24,486 nt of DNA from Verrucomicrobiota bacterium. Lineage in GTDB: Bacteria; Verrucomicrobiota; Verrucomicrobiia; Verrucomicrobiales; DEV007. The notes under the pieces were generated by a model. That model saw only the letters and a program-made list of their open reading frames with translations, had not been told where the DNA came from and did no database searches. How positions within the stretch are numbered: position 1 is the stretch's first letter; each line of letters begins with the position of its first letter. Below are positions 1 through 9,141 of the stretch, piece by piece. Position numbers and translations under genes: made by a program. The stretch lies in NCBI GenBank assembly GCA_045046875.1, contig JASFYY010000108.1, positions 1 to 24,486 on the forward strand, given 5' to 3'.

Positions 1-75
1 CTTTTAAATTTTTGCACTGCGAATATTTAACACATCTGATCGTGTCCAATCAAGATGCATGTTGAATAAGAACCT

Positions 76-375
76 TCAGTCTTTCACTCGCGTTTTCCAA
101 TAATTCGGACGGCGGTGAAGATGCATTACTGCCAATACCTGCACTTCATTTTCTTTTACACGAAAGACAACGGCATACCGAAATTTGCCCACCCTCACTT
201 TTCTAAATTCACCATCGAATACCCGGTAAATTCCATGCTGTGTTCTCGCATTGATAAGAGCTTCCTCCACCGCTTCAACGAACAAGGCACCCTGACGAGG
301 ATCGTCGGCTTTAATCCATTCCGCCGCATCAATAGCCTCGGCATCGGCTTCTGGATGTAAACGCAGACCAAGCAT
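76..375 (-). CDS. Type II toxin, RelE/ParE family
   Basis: About 99 aa. N-terminal LHPEADAEAIDAAEW, then FRYAVVFR and VLAVMHLHRRPNYWKTR, all typical of RelE/ParE plasmid-stabilisation toxins. ATG at 375 lies 4 nt after the antitoxin stop and is preferred over the GTG at 390. Confidence 0.9.
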   Translation of the reverse strand: MLGLRLHPEADAEAIDAAEWIKADDPRQGALFVEAVEEALINARTQHGIYRVFDGEFRKVRVGKFRYAVVFRVKENEVQVLAVMHLHRRPNYWKTRVKD

Positions 376-379
376 CGGG

Positions 380-610
380 TCACACGGCACGAAGGCGGCT
401 CAAGAAGTCCTCCCCTTCAACCAATTCAACGCGACCTTCATCAATATCACTGGCGCGTCGATTCAACTCATCACTCCACTCAGCGCTCACTGCAAAATCA
501 ATATCCCCTTCCTCAAGCTTTTGCTGGATTAGCTCAAACTGCTCCCATGGGATTTGAACTGCCGTGGGTTTGCCGTTCTCATCTACAACAGTCTGGTAGG
601 TGATGATCAT
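380..610 (-). CDS. Type II antitoxin (addiction module component)
   Basis: 76-aa acidic protein directly upstream of the toxin. C-terminal WSDELNRRASDIDEGRVELVEGEDFL resembles the putative addiction module component family. Start placed at ATG 610 (MIITYQ) because a promoter sits just upstream. Confidence 0.85.
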   Translation of the reverse strand: MIITYQTVVDENGKPTAVQIPWEQFELIQQKLEEGDIDFAVSAEWSDELNRRASDIDEGRVELVEGEDFLSRLRAV

Positions 611-616
611 GGGGTA

Positions 617-645
617 ACAATAGTCGTTTTTGCCATCCCTGTCAC
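617..645 (-). promoter_or_regulatory. Sigma70-like promoter of the TA operon, probably leaderless
   Basis: Minus strand reads GTGACA-17 nt-TATTGT-6 nt-ATG(610). No Shine-Dalgarno sequence. Confidence 0.55.
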
Positions 646-820
646 TAATAATTGCCCTCCTATTTCGCATGTGGATGAGTTCGAGCATGAACTTCCCTCA
701 ATTGCAAAAAAAATCCTAGCTATTCCCTATCAATGAATCAAGACTAAATAATAGAGCAACACCATTCGTTAGCGGACTCTAGCGATTCAGCCTATTTGGA
801 GTTTAGGTCTGATACTCCAA

Positions 821-1948
821 CTATGAATCAAAACCTGCAGGAACCTTGCCCGATTTCGAGCTTCCTGGATTACTGGCTTTATTAGGAACCGCCGCAGGAG
901 TGACCGCTGGCGGCGCACTCTCAACAGGAGCCACTGTCTCCGCAGCTGGCTCTGCCAGTAAAGCAGTGAACGTGCTCATCCACTCTTCAGCCTTGGGGTT
1001 TTTGATGTTCTCTTTGATGAAATTCAACATTTCCATCGCCGCCTTGGGGCGATTTTCATATTTGAACAAATCCACCAGCTTGCCCCACTTGAGCCCAGGT
1101 AAGGTTTCACGAATGAAAAATTCTTTGTCATGTGTCCTCAACACCGTCCCACCATTGCCCTGGCGCCGTTGCGCCTGTTTGTTGCGAACCGCTCGTTTGT
1201 CATCACGGCTGCCCTTCTGCTGTTTTGCTTTTTCTTTTTCCAAAAACACCACCACCTGGGTCTCTTGTTCAATACGTTTATCCCAGGCACTGGCCAGACG
1301 TTCGGGACTTTCTTCACGCAAGTAGGGCAGAATCGTCTTTTCATAAATCCCGGCAATGTTGTAGGGCACCGATTCCCAGGATTTATTTTTGGCTAACTGT
1401 TTGTCCAATTCGTAAGCCTTGGCAAACACCGTCCCATTGATTGACTGCATCGCCTCATTGCCTGGCATTTCTTTCAATTGAGTCAGACTATTCACATAAG
1501 ACATTAAATCTCCAAACACAGATGAAAGTTTTTCCGCCTCGGCCGCTTTGCAGCTAAGCCCCAGATACTTCAACTGAAGCCGTAGCCCTTCGATGAACGC
1601 ATCATTGCGAAAGCGATCCGATTGCCCGTCCCGCCAATCCCGAAACTCCGAATCCTCCCGCCCCTCCATCTCAAAATTCACCTTTTTATAACACTGCACA
1701 TACAGAGCCAATGCTGCTTTACCGCTTCCCGATGCTGATAAAAACACATCCGCTGCATTTTGATTGCGATCACTGGACTTCTCTTTCAGAACTTTGCGAA
1801 TAGCAGCCAGTTGCGCACTGATTTTTTCGATCTGGTCAGGCGTCAATTCCTGAGCCTGTCCCTTGGGCATAAGCGGAGGAAACAGACAAAACCCATACAA
1901 CAAAACACCGGGTAATAATATTCGGGATAGGAAGTTTTTTTTCATCAT
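821..1948 (-). CDS. Hypothetical secreted alpha-helical protein with an Ala/Pro-rich C-terminal tail
   Basis: Long ORF. Signal-peptide-like N-terminus MMKKNFLSRILLPGVLLYGFCLF...GQAQ with start 1948 or 1945 (ORF track starts at 1969). No family recognised. Confidence 0.8.
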   Translation of the reverse strand: MMKKNFLSRILLPGVLLYGFCLFPPLMPKGQAQELTPDQIEKISAQLAAIRKVLKEKSSDRNQNAADVFLSASGSGKAALALYVQCYKKVNFEMEGREDSEFRDWRDGQSDRFRNDAFIEGLRLQLKYLGLSCKAAEAEKLSSVFGDLMSYVNSLTQLKEMPGNEAMQSINGTVFAKAYELDKQLAKNKSWESVPYNIAGIYEKTILPYLREESPERLASAWDKRIEQETQVVVFLEKEKAKQQKGSRDDKRAVRNKQAQRRQGNGGTVLRTHDKEFFIRETLPGLKWGKLVDLFKYENRPKAAMEMLNFIKENIKNPKAEEWMSTFTALLAEPAAETVAPVESAPPAVTPAAVPNKASNPGSSKSGKVPAGFDS

Positions 1949-2049
1949 CACTTTGGCTGAATTTTGCAACCCAATACGGGCAACAGAACAAATCTATCGC
2001 CAAGCATCGCCCTCGACAAGCCCGCAATCAAAAAAACACCCCCTATCGC

Positions 2050-2604
2050 TCACTCATTATACATCTGACGCAATTCCTTCAAACGGCGTTTCATCGACAT
2101 CTTGCGTGCGGTGCTCAGGCGATCAATGAACAGGATCCCTAAAAGGTGATCCACTTCATGCTGCAAAGCACGGGAAAACAAACCATCCGTCTCGATCAAC
2201 AACTCTTCGCCATCCAAAGTCTGCACCCGCGCAGTCACATCCAATGGGCGCCTCACGTCGATACGTAACTCGGGAAATGACAGACAACCCTCACTATCAA
2301 CTTCCCGCGAAGAACCCGTCTCTAGTTCTGGATTCACAAAAACCAGCGGCATGATGTCCGCCAACTGACACGGCTCTCCATTCACCCGCAGATAAGACAC
2401 ACATTCTTCATCATGCGACACATCGATCACCGCCAACTGCAGCGCTTCCCCCACTTGTTGAGCTGCCAGCCCAACTCCTTCCGCCTCGCGCATCGTCTCT
2501 AACATGTCATCAGCCAAAGTTCTGATTTCATCAGTCACCTCGCTCACCAGCTTGCCTTTTTCCCGCAAAACCGGATCTCCCCATAACACAATATCCCTAA
2601 CCAT
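2050..2604 (-). CDS. def: Peptide deformylase
   Basis: All three PDF motifs are present: GVGLAAQQVG, EGCLS, QHEVDHLLG. Confidence 0.97.
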   Translation of the reverse strand: MVRDIVLWGDPVLREKGKLVSEVTDEIRTLADDMLETMREAEGVGLAAQQVGEALQLAVIDVSHDEECVSYLRVNGEPCQLADIMPLVFVNPELETGSSREVDSEGCLSFPELRIDVRRPLDVTARVQTLDGEELLIETDGLFSRALQHEVDHLLGILFIDRLSTARKMSMKRRLKELRQMYNE

Positions 2605-2632
2605 ATTATTTGTCTTTTTAAAATTTTGGCTG

Positions 2633-3055
2633 CTATTTTTTCTTACCCGTCAATATCCTCAAAGGGATATCCGATATCTCAATTTTTGCTTTACGCGCCT
2701 CGTCCCATATTTTTACCACCATGCCCAACTCAACCCCCTTGTCCACCTTCAACTGCAACTTCAAGTCAGGTTGTGCCTTTTTTAAAACTCTCAAAGCTTG
2801 CGCCAAAGTCTCCAGGGTCACCGGTTGCTCCCCCAGGGAGATCTGCTCATCCTTGCTCACCGATAGAGTTGTGCGCAGATTTTTCTCAGTGGACGATGCC
2901 ATCTCAGTCGATTTCGGCAGCGCCACATTCACCAGGGCCTCCTTCTGTTTGAAAGTAGTGGTGGCGATGAAAAATATCAACAAAATGGCCAGGATGTCGA
3001 TCAAGGAAATGATCGGCACCGTAGGCTGTGCTCGTTTGTGAGTATAAAATTTCAC
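2633..3055 (-). CDS. exbD: Biopolymer transport protein ExbD/TolR
   Basis: TM helix ISLIDILAILLIFFIAT with the conserved Asp, followed by VALPK and a periplasmic domain. Adjacent to an exbB-like gene. Confidence 0.93.
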   Translation of the reverse strand: MKFYTHKRAQPTVPIISLIDILAILLIFFIATTTFKQKEALVNVALPKSTEMASSTEKNLRTTLSVSKDEQISLGEQPVTLETLAQALRVLKKAQPDLKLQLKVDKGVELGMVVKIWDEARKAKIEISDIPLRILTGKKK

Positions 3056-3102
3056 CTGCTGACTATCTTGTGTTTTTTACACCAAAAAATTTCACCGTGC
3101 CA

Positions 3103-3885
3103 TCAGTCCCTTGCCCGCGTTGTTTCGCCTTTATTCTCTCCCTTACTTCCACTCTCTGCTTTATCCTCCGCCGCCATCTGAAAACTACCACCGCCATAAC
3201 GATAATACGCATGCAGCAAACTGGCCATCAGCACCTCCATCCTCACCGCCATTCCCTCGATGCGCTTGGACAAATAACTGTGCGCCACCACCGTCGGCAC
3301 CGCCACCGCCAAACCTCCAATCGTCGTATTCAAAGCCTTGGCAATACCCGCAGCCAAAATACTCGGATCCGGAATCTCCGCCCCCGCATCACCAAAAGTC
3401 GCAAACACACTGACCAAACCACTCACCGTTCCCAATAGCCCAAGCAGGGGAGAAATCGTTATCACCACTTCCAGCACCGCCAGCCCTGTCTGCATTTTCA
3501 GCACCTCTTCCCGCGCCACCGCCTCGACCGCCTCGCTCGCTTCCTCCCGGTTGTCATGTTCCGGAGACAAAGCCACCCGCGCCACCCGCGCCAGTACCGA
3601 ATTATCTCTATTGATCACCGAGGTGGCACTGCTGAAATCCCCTTGGCTGAATTGCCGGTCTGCCTGCTCAATCGCCTCCATCACGTCATTCGGCAACACC
3701 GCTTGTTTGCGCAGTGACAGCAAACGGTGAATCACCACCGACACCGCAATGAAGGAACAGATAACAATGAACAACATGAAAATCCCACCCGAGAGTAGAA
3801 ATTCCCAAACCTGGTGATTCATCGGAGATTCAGCCTCCAACAGAAATAACGATGACGAAAATGATCCAGTCTGCATACGATCCAC
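3103..3885 (-). CDS. exbB: MotA/TolQ/ExbB proton channel family protein
   Basis: Motifs SPLLGLLGTVSGL and GIAKALNTTIGGLAVAVP. The real start could be ATG 3822 (MNHQVWEFL). Confidence 0.93.
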   Translation of the reverse strand: MDRMQTGSFSSSLFLLEAESPMNHQVWEFLLSGGIFMLFIVICSFIAVSVVIHRLLSLRKQAVLPNDVMEAIEQADRQFSQGDFSSATSVINRDNSVLARVARVALSPEHDNREEASEAVEAVAREEVLKMQTGLAVLEVVITISPLLGLLGTVSGLVSVFATFGDAGAEIPDPSILAAGIAKALNTTIGGLAVAVPTVVAHSYLSKRIEGMAVRMEVLMASLLHAYYRYGGGSFQMAAEDKAESGSKGENKGETTRARD

Positions 3886-3912
3886 TTGAAACGATTAATA
3901 ACGGTTACCGAA

Positions 3913-5133
3913 CTAATAAATAATCACGTCGTAAGTAATCTCCAGACCCCTTCCGCGCAATAGTTCTTTGATGTTTCTTGGCATCGGCGGGATGTCGGCA
4001 TCGAGGATCGATCTCAGGGTGAATTCCGTCATCACCGTGTTCGAGTTGTTGCGCACCGTCTTGAGATTAACCGGTTTCCCCTTTTCATTCACTTTGAACT
4101 TGATCCGCAAACTGCCAAAAGTCGCGTAATCCGCATGGCGTTCCCGGTAGCGGTGCCACTTACGCTCGATCGCCTGGGTCACCTTTTTTTTATACTTGCC
4201 CAGCTCCGACGCCTCCACGTCCATCGCCGCCACTCCGCGATTGGAAATCGTGCCCGCCACCTTGTTGATGTCTGTCTCCGGAGTAAAAGAAGGTTTGTCC
4301 GAGGGAGGTTTGGGTGTGGGCGGAATATCCGCACTGGCGGCCTGGGCTTCCGCCTGCTCACGAGCCTCCATCGCCATTGCCGAGATCGGCGTTGCAATCA
4401 TCACTTTTTTCGGCTCGTTCTCAATCTTGTCGGTTTTTTCAGCCTCTCGATCCCGCTTGGCGAGCTGATCCTCATCATCCTCTGTAGGCCCCACCTGCAT
4501 CCCTTCTTCGTTCAAATCAGGATCGATAAAACTCTGCTGACTCTTCTGCATCTGCGTCTGATCCGCCATTTCCCCCTGCGGACGACGGGTGAGCTTTTCC
4601 GCTTTGTCCGGTTTGATTTTTTCATTCGAATCCACCGGCTTCTCCAACGGCTGCGGCGTTGGTTCGAATTTCTTCATCGCTCCGCTCGCACTGCGCGGCA
4701 CCACCAGACGACTGCTGAGCGATTTTTTATCAAACTCCCCATCGACAAACTTTCGCTTTTTCATCTCCAGCCACGCCTTTTCCCGCTTGCCATCCAAAGT
4801 CGGCACTGCCATCGCCTTGGGATCATCCGGACGGGGAGCCAACTCAGTCGCTGCCAAAGTATCTCGATCCGAATGAAATTGAGCTTGCTCGGGTGCTTTT
4901 TCCGCCTGCTGATCCGCAGAAGTCCTCAGATACTGTTGCTCTTGCTCCACCACCTCCTCTGTGATCAAATCCTCCAGCATGATCGTCACCTCCTCGGGAG
5001 CCGCCGCCGCTTCCGCCTGCTGCGGCCCATACTCACTGGCCAGGGCCAGAAACGCAGCCAAGCCGAGCAACAGCAACACATGCGCTGCCACAGCCCCTAC
5101 CACCGATAACAAAACTTTCTGATTTTCAGACAT
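3913..5133 (-). CDS. TonB/TolA-like energy transducer
   Basis: N-terminal TM helix with His (AVAAHVLLL), a long charged Pro-containing linker and a TonB_C-like C-terminus (YKKKVTQAIERKW...IKFKVNEKG...ADIPPMP). Lies upstream of exbB-exbD. Start 5133 (MSENQ) or 5151. Confidence 0.8.
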   Translation of the reverse strand: MSENQKVLLSVVGAVAAHVLLLLGLAAFLALASEYGPQQAEAAAAPEEVTIMLEDLITEEVVEQEQQYLRTSADQQAEKAPEQAQFHSDRDTLAATELAPRPDDPKAMAVPTLDGKREKAWLEMKKRKFVDGEFDKKSLSSRLVVPRSASGAMKKFEPTPQPLEKPVDSNEKIKPDKAEKLTRRPQGEMADQTQMQKSQQSFIDPDLNEEGMQVGPTEDDEDQLAKRDREAEKTDKIENEPKKVMIATPISAMAMEAREQAEAQAASADIPPTPKPPSDKPSFTPETDINKVAGTISNRGVAAMDVEASELGKYKKKVTQAIERKWHRYRERHADYATFGSLRIKFKVNEKGKPVNLKTVRNNSNTVMTEFTLRSILDADIPPMPRNIKELLRGRGLEITYDVIIY

Positions 5134-5294
5134 CCACCACCAATCTTTCAAATTTCAAGCTTCAGGGTTGAATCCCAACTCAACAGATCCGCCAATCCCG
5201 CCAAGCAAGCTATCAAAGCCTTAAAATACCCCTATTAAGGGCCGCGGCAATTAATGAATACCCCAAAATGCGCCGAATTTGATGACGAATCTGC

Positions 5295-5918
5295 TCAACG
5301 CACAAAATAACTCAGACTCTCCAACTCCAGCGCCAGATCGACATTATTTACCACCACCTGCTCTGGCACCTGCAGCACCGTCGGTGAAAAGTTCAAAATC
5401 GCCTGCACCCCCTCCTCGACCAAATCATTAGTCACCGGCTGCGCCGAACTTGCGGGCACCGCCATAATGGCCATTTTCACATGCTTGAGCCGAACAAAGT
5501 CCCGCATCTCGTCCATGCCCTTAAGTGCCACTTTGCTGTCCGCCTTCAGGCGCACATTTTCCGGATACAAATCAAAAGCCGCGACAATCTCAAACCCCTC
5601 ACGGTGAAACCCCCCATAGCGCAACAAAGCCGCCCCCAGATTACCCACTCCCACCAGAATCACCGGCTGCAAGCTCGTCATCCCCAGCGCCACGGTGATC
5701 GCTGCCGATAACACGTCCACCTTGTAACCCAGACCACGGGTGCCAAACTGCCCCACAAAACCCAGATCCTTGCGCAACTGCGGCGACTTCACCCCTGCCG
5801 CTTTCGCCAGTGCCTCCGACGACACCGTCTCCACCCCGTTTTCACCCAAACGCAACAAACAACGCTGATACACCGAAAGCCGGTAAACTGTTTTTCTAGG
5901 AATCTCTACTTTATCCAC
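5295..5918 (-). CDS. rex: Redox-sensing transcriptional repressor Rex
   Basis: IPRKTVYRLSVY, LRKDLGFVGQFGTRGLGY, Rossmann motif VGVGNLGAAL, and ILNFSP. Confidence 0.97.
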   Translation of the reverse strand: MDKVEIPRKTVYRLSVYQRCLLRLGENGVETVSSEALAKAAGVKSPQLRKDLGFVGQFGTRGLGYKVDVLSAAITVALGMTSLQPVILVGVGNLGAALLRYGGFHREGFEIVAAFDLYPENVRLKADSKVALKGMDEMRDFVRLKHVKMAIMAVPASSAQPVTNDLVEEGVQAILNFSPTVLQVPEQVVVNNVDLALELESLSYFVR

Positions 5919-6078
5919 AAGTGAAATTTCGCAAAAAAAAACAATAAGTCAATAGTTAATCCTAACTAATAGACCACACTCCAAGCCACTCTAGCACAAA
6001 TTCAGGCGAATTCCCTTTTCACAAAACTTCAAATCCGCTTATCTTCATGCCCGCAATCCGCAGCCTGAACTCTTCCCC

Positions 6079-6101
6079 GGCAACCGAAGCGGTCGCCCTA
6101 C
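6079..6101 (-). repeat. GTAG-type REP-like palindrome, copy 1
   Basis: Minus strand GTAGGGCGACCGCTTCGGTTGCC: a GTAG foot plus hairpin GGCGACC/GGTTGCC. 20/23 identical to 15354-15376. Confidence 0.75.
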
Positions 6102-6298
6102 ATTTCCACCCCTTCCCACCTTCGCTGTCAGCACAACGATTTCACCTATTACATAGCCTATGCACATCTCCATGTGGAACGGATTGGCAATCCGTTTTCT
6201 TGCTTTCAGTATCTAGCTTTAGTCTCACGCCAAAGTTCATTAAAACCATATTCAAGCAAATTCTCTTTCACCGCAGCCTCGAATCCGCCGGGCACCCC

Positions 6299-9130
6299 TC
6301 ACCTCCCCACCAATCCCGCTTTCCCCTTCGCTTTCACATGCAACAAAATCGGCAAGGTCGCATTGCCACCCGCCGCTTTGGTGCGTAGGTAAAAATAACG
6401 CGTCGATTCCGGCACCCACTTCGCTGCAGTGATAAAAAACCGCTGCTGATCCTTGCCCTTGGGAATCATCAATCCATTCAGTCCAATGTTGTCGATGATC
6501 AAGCCATGCGCCAAATTCCTGCCGGACTCATCCTTGCCAAAATCAATGCGCTCTTTGAAATCCTTGCGATCAGCAATCACCAAAGCCGTAATGGTTTCAC
6601 CCGGATGAATCGTCAACTCCATCGGCTTACCTTGCCCCGTCCGGGGATTGCCCGACTTACCGTCCGCCGCAATCTTGATCCATAACTTGGGCTTGGCCGT
6701 CACCTTGATGTTTTTAGGCCCTACCAACTTTTTCTCCACCTTCTGCCCGCCAATCACCGCACTAGCCTTGATGGTAAATTTCCCTTTGTCCAATCCCTCG
6801 ACCCCGTCCGCCACATTGACCACCGCCGCAGCTTTGTACTGACCCGCCTGGATGATGACCGGCGTGCTGGCCGAAAATCCTTCGGGCAAGTCACTGATAT
6901 CCAAACGGATCTCCCCCTCAAAACCGTCTTGCCTCACCGCCGTCAGCTCGAATTCCCGTCCACTGCCCGGCACAAACACCAGTTCCTTGGTCTGATCAAT
7001 CGTCACCTTGAAACCCGGCTTGAGCGCACGAATCTTCATCGTATAACGATAATCCTTACCACCAAAACCTCTCACATCCGTGATGCGTGCCCGGTACTCA
7101 CCAGCCTTGGGCGCAGTAAAAACCACCTGCGAGTCCTTACCCATAAGGCGTGCAGGATCATCATCATTTTCATAATAAATTTTATAGAGAGGCAGACCAT
7201 TAGGGACAGGGTCCACTCCCGCAGGGATCTCTTTCACGATGTAACAAGGCTCCCCCAACGGGTGGGCAAGCGCCGTCGTTCCAAAATAACCCTGACGTTT
7301 GCCAAAACCAGGGTACACTTTGAAACCTGAGTCCGGACCACGTGGATACAACCACAGCTTCACTACTTCTCCGTTAGCGTAAAGGTATTCGTTCAGCTCC
7401 ATCTCACGCCAGTTGTGTACCCGAAAGTCATTCGCGGTATCCGAGTTTTTCCCACGAAAGGTGAACCACGAATCCCGCACCGCCTGCAAGCGCACTCTCT
7501 CCACCAGCTCACCCTTGGCATCTAAAATAACAATCCTCGAATCAAGCGGCGACTTGGAACGCGCTGCATCCACTTCGATCACCCACGACTCACCTGCCTT
7601 GGCTGAAAAAAGCACTTCATCTTCATCCCCCTTCATCCCGATCACCCCACTGAACTCCAACGGCGGAACTGACAGCCCGGTATCCGAACCTTCTTTCTCT
7701 GTTATCTTTTTCACCGCGACATGACTCTTGTCAGCTCCCTCGGCCATTGCCTTCTTGACCTTCCCCGCCTTCTGTAATTTTTTCTTTGGCGAACGCTTCA
7801 AGCCCTTCAAAGAAAAATCCCCCACACTGCCATCCATCCTCGCCGCCAAAAATCCATCACCACCCACCGCCAAAGCACCCGCCACATCAGACTGATTCCC
7901 CCAGGCTTTAAGCTGTTTCAAATCCGGCAGAGACCACAACTTCACCGAACGGTCATCCCCGGATGAAATCAAAGTCTTACCGTCTGCGGATAAAACCATT
8001 TTCACCACATCTCCCTCATGAGCAAAGCGCGACTGTAACAGTGGATTGATTTTAGCTTTGTCCCGTGAAATAAAGCGCCACAGACGAATCCGGTTATCCG
8101 CTCCAGCCGCCAGGATATGCTTTCCATCCGCAGTGAAAAGCACTGCTAACTGCTCACCCTGCGGTTGATTCAAAGTATCCAAGCGCTGCCCACTATCCAC
8201 CCGCCACAACTTCACCGTCTGATCCGCACTGGCACTGGCCAATACCTTGCCGTCCGGGCTAAAAGCCAGATCGTAAATCGCTCCATTGTGAATATCAATC
8301 GAACGCAAACGTTTACCCGAGACAATATCCCAGAAAGCGATCTTGGTATCATAACCCGCAGTGGCCAACAGCTTTCCGTCGGGAGACAGTTCCGCATCGT
8401 AGAGCACATCACGATGAAACCCCTGCCCAAACTCAGCGATGATTTTTCCACTTTTCAAATCCCACAAAGTCGCCACTCCCTTCAACCCCGCTATGCCCGA
8501 GGCGGTTAACAACTGTTTTCCATCCGGACTGAAGTGCAGTGCATTGACCTTCCCTGCCAGGCCGGTCAAACGTTTCAATAGCTGCTTTTTATCCGACATC
8601 GCAACAACATCCACCTCACCAAAGTGAGCCATGGCCACTTGTTTGCCATCAGGTGAAACCTCCATCGCCGTCACCGGTTTGGCCCCTTTGGCCGCGACAA
8701 TACTGGGAACCGTCAAGGTCGATAAAATAGACACATCCAAATCCCCCTCAGGCCCCTTCGCTCCCGCAGTGATCCAATTTCTGAGCAACTCTTTTTCCTG
8801 CAGTGAAGGCTGCGGATCATCACGCGGCGGCATCTGCAACTTCATCCCGCCAGTCATCATCTTGATCAAACGACTGCCCTCGGCATCGCCGGCTTTCAAC
8901 AGTGACCCCTTGGAGCCGCCTTCCACCAGATCGGCGTACCGCTCAATCGAAAAATCGCCTTCAAAATCATCGTCATTATGACAACCCGCACAATACTGAC
9001 GCATCAAGGGCGCGACTTCTTTTTGAAAATCCACGTCGGCCCGCAACGAAGGCATCAACCCCATGGCAACAACAAGACTCACAAAGAATTGATATATACG
9101 ATGTTTTTTATGTGCTCCTGAATTCATCAT
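6299..9130 (-). CDS. Secreted fusion protein: planctomycete-type cytochrome c (PSCyt1) + WD40 propeller + PPC-like/Ig-like domains
   Basis: Signal peptide, then VDFQKEVAPLMRQYCAGCH with a distal MPP and WITAGA. About 7 WD40 repeats (FSPDGK..LASAS.DQTVKLW). PPC-like motifs SPLDSRIVILDAKG and ENDDD...KDSQVVFTAPKAGEY. Confidence 0.9.
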   Translation of the reverse strand: MMNSGAHKKHRIYQFFVSLVVAMGLMPSLRADVDFQKEVAPLMRQYCAGCHNDDDFEGDFSIERYADLVEGGSKGSLLKAGDAEGSRLIKMMTGGMKLQMPPRDDPQPSLQEKELLRNWITAGAKGPEGDLDVSILSTLTVPSIVAAKGAKPVTAMEVSPDGKQVAMAHFGEVDVVAMSDKKQLLKRLTGLAGKVNALHFSPDGKQLLTASGIAGLKGVATLWDLKSGKIIAEFGQGFHRDVLYDAELSPDGKLLATAGYDTKIAFWDIVSGKRLRSIDIHNGAIYDLAFSPDGKVLASASADQTVKLWRVDSGQRLDTLNQPQGEQLAVLFTADGKHILAAGADNRIRLWRFISRDKAKINPLLQSRFAHEGDVVKMVLSADGKTLISSGDDRSVKLWSLPDLKQLKAWGNQSDVAGALAVGGDGFLAARMDGSVGDFSLKGLKRSPKKKLQKAGKVKKAMAEGADKSHVAVKKITEKEGSDTGLSVPPLEFSGVIGMKGDEDEVLFSAKAGESWVIEVDAARSKSPLDSRIVILDAKGELVERVRLQAVRDSWFTFRGKNSDTANDFRVHNWREMELNEYLYANGEVVKLWLYPRGPDSGFKVYPGFGKRQGYFGTTALAHPLGEPCYIVKEIPAGVDPVPNGLPLYKIYYENDDDPARLMGKDSQVVFTAPKAGEYRARITDVRGFGGKDYRYTMKIRALKPGFKVTIDQTKELVFVPGSGREFELTAVRQDGFEGEIRLDISDLPEGFSASTPVIIQAGQYKAAAVVNVADGVEGLDKGKFTIKASAVIGGQKVEKKLVGPKNIKVTAKPKLWIKIAADGKSGNPRTGQGKPMELTIHPGETITALVIADRKDFKERIDFGKDESGRNLAHGLIIDNIGLNGLMIPKGKDQQRFFITAAKWVPESTRYFYLRTKAAGGNATLPILLHVKAKGKAGLVGR

Positions 9131-9141
9131 AAATATCTCCC

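Noticed and set aside
611..688. N-terminal extension of the antitoxin ORF
   Set aside because: The region contains the predicted promoter, and the protein-like sequence starts at 610.
764..788. TAGCG repeated at a 10-bp period, possibly a decayed phased repeat
   Set aside because: Only two 5-bp units, not distinguishable from chance.
3036..3057. Rex-box-like TTGTGAG...TTCACCT at the exbD start
   Set aside because: The spacer is 8 nt rather than 4 and the site lies mostly in coding sequence.
4135..5109. 324-aa plus-strand ORF
   Set aside because: It lies wholly antisense to the tonB-like gene, and its Arg/Leu/His/Phe-rich composition is typical of a shadow frame.
6030..6298. Riboswitch or ncRNA upstream of rex, or the ORFs at 6047-6388 and 6174-6392
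   Set aside because: No recognisable aptamer core (cobalamin, TPP, SAM, FMN). The hairpin is explained by the REP copy, and the ORFs look non-coding and overlap the end of the WD40 gene.
7860..8640. Nucleotide-level repeats as a diversity-generating or recombination cassette
   Set aside because: The repeats are diverged WD40 units visible mainly at the protein level. There is no reverse transcriptase or near-identical template repeat.
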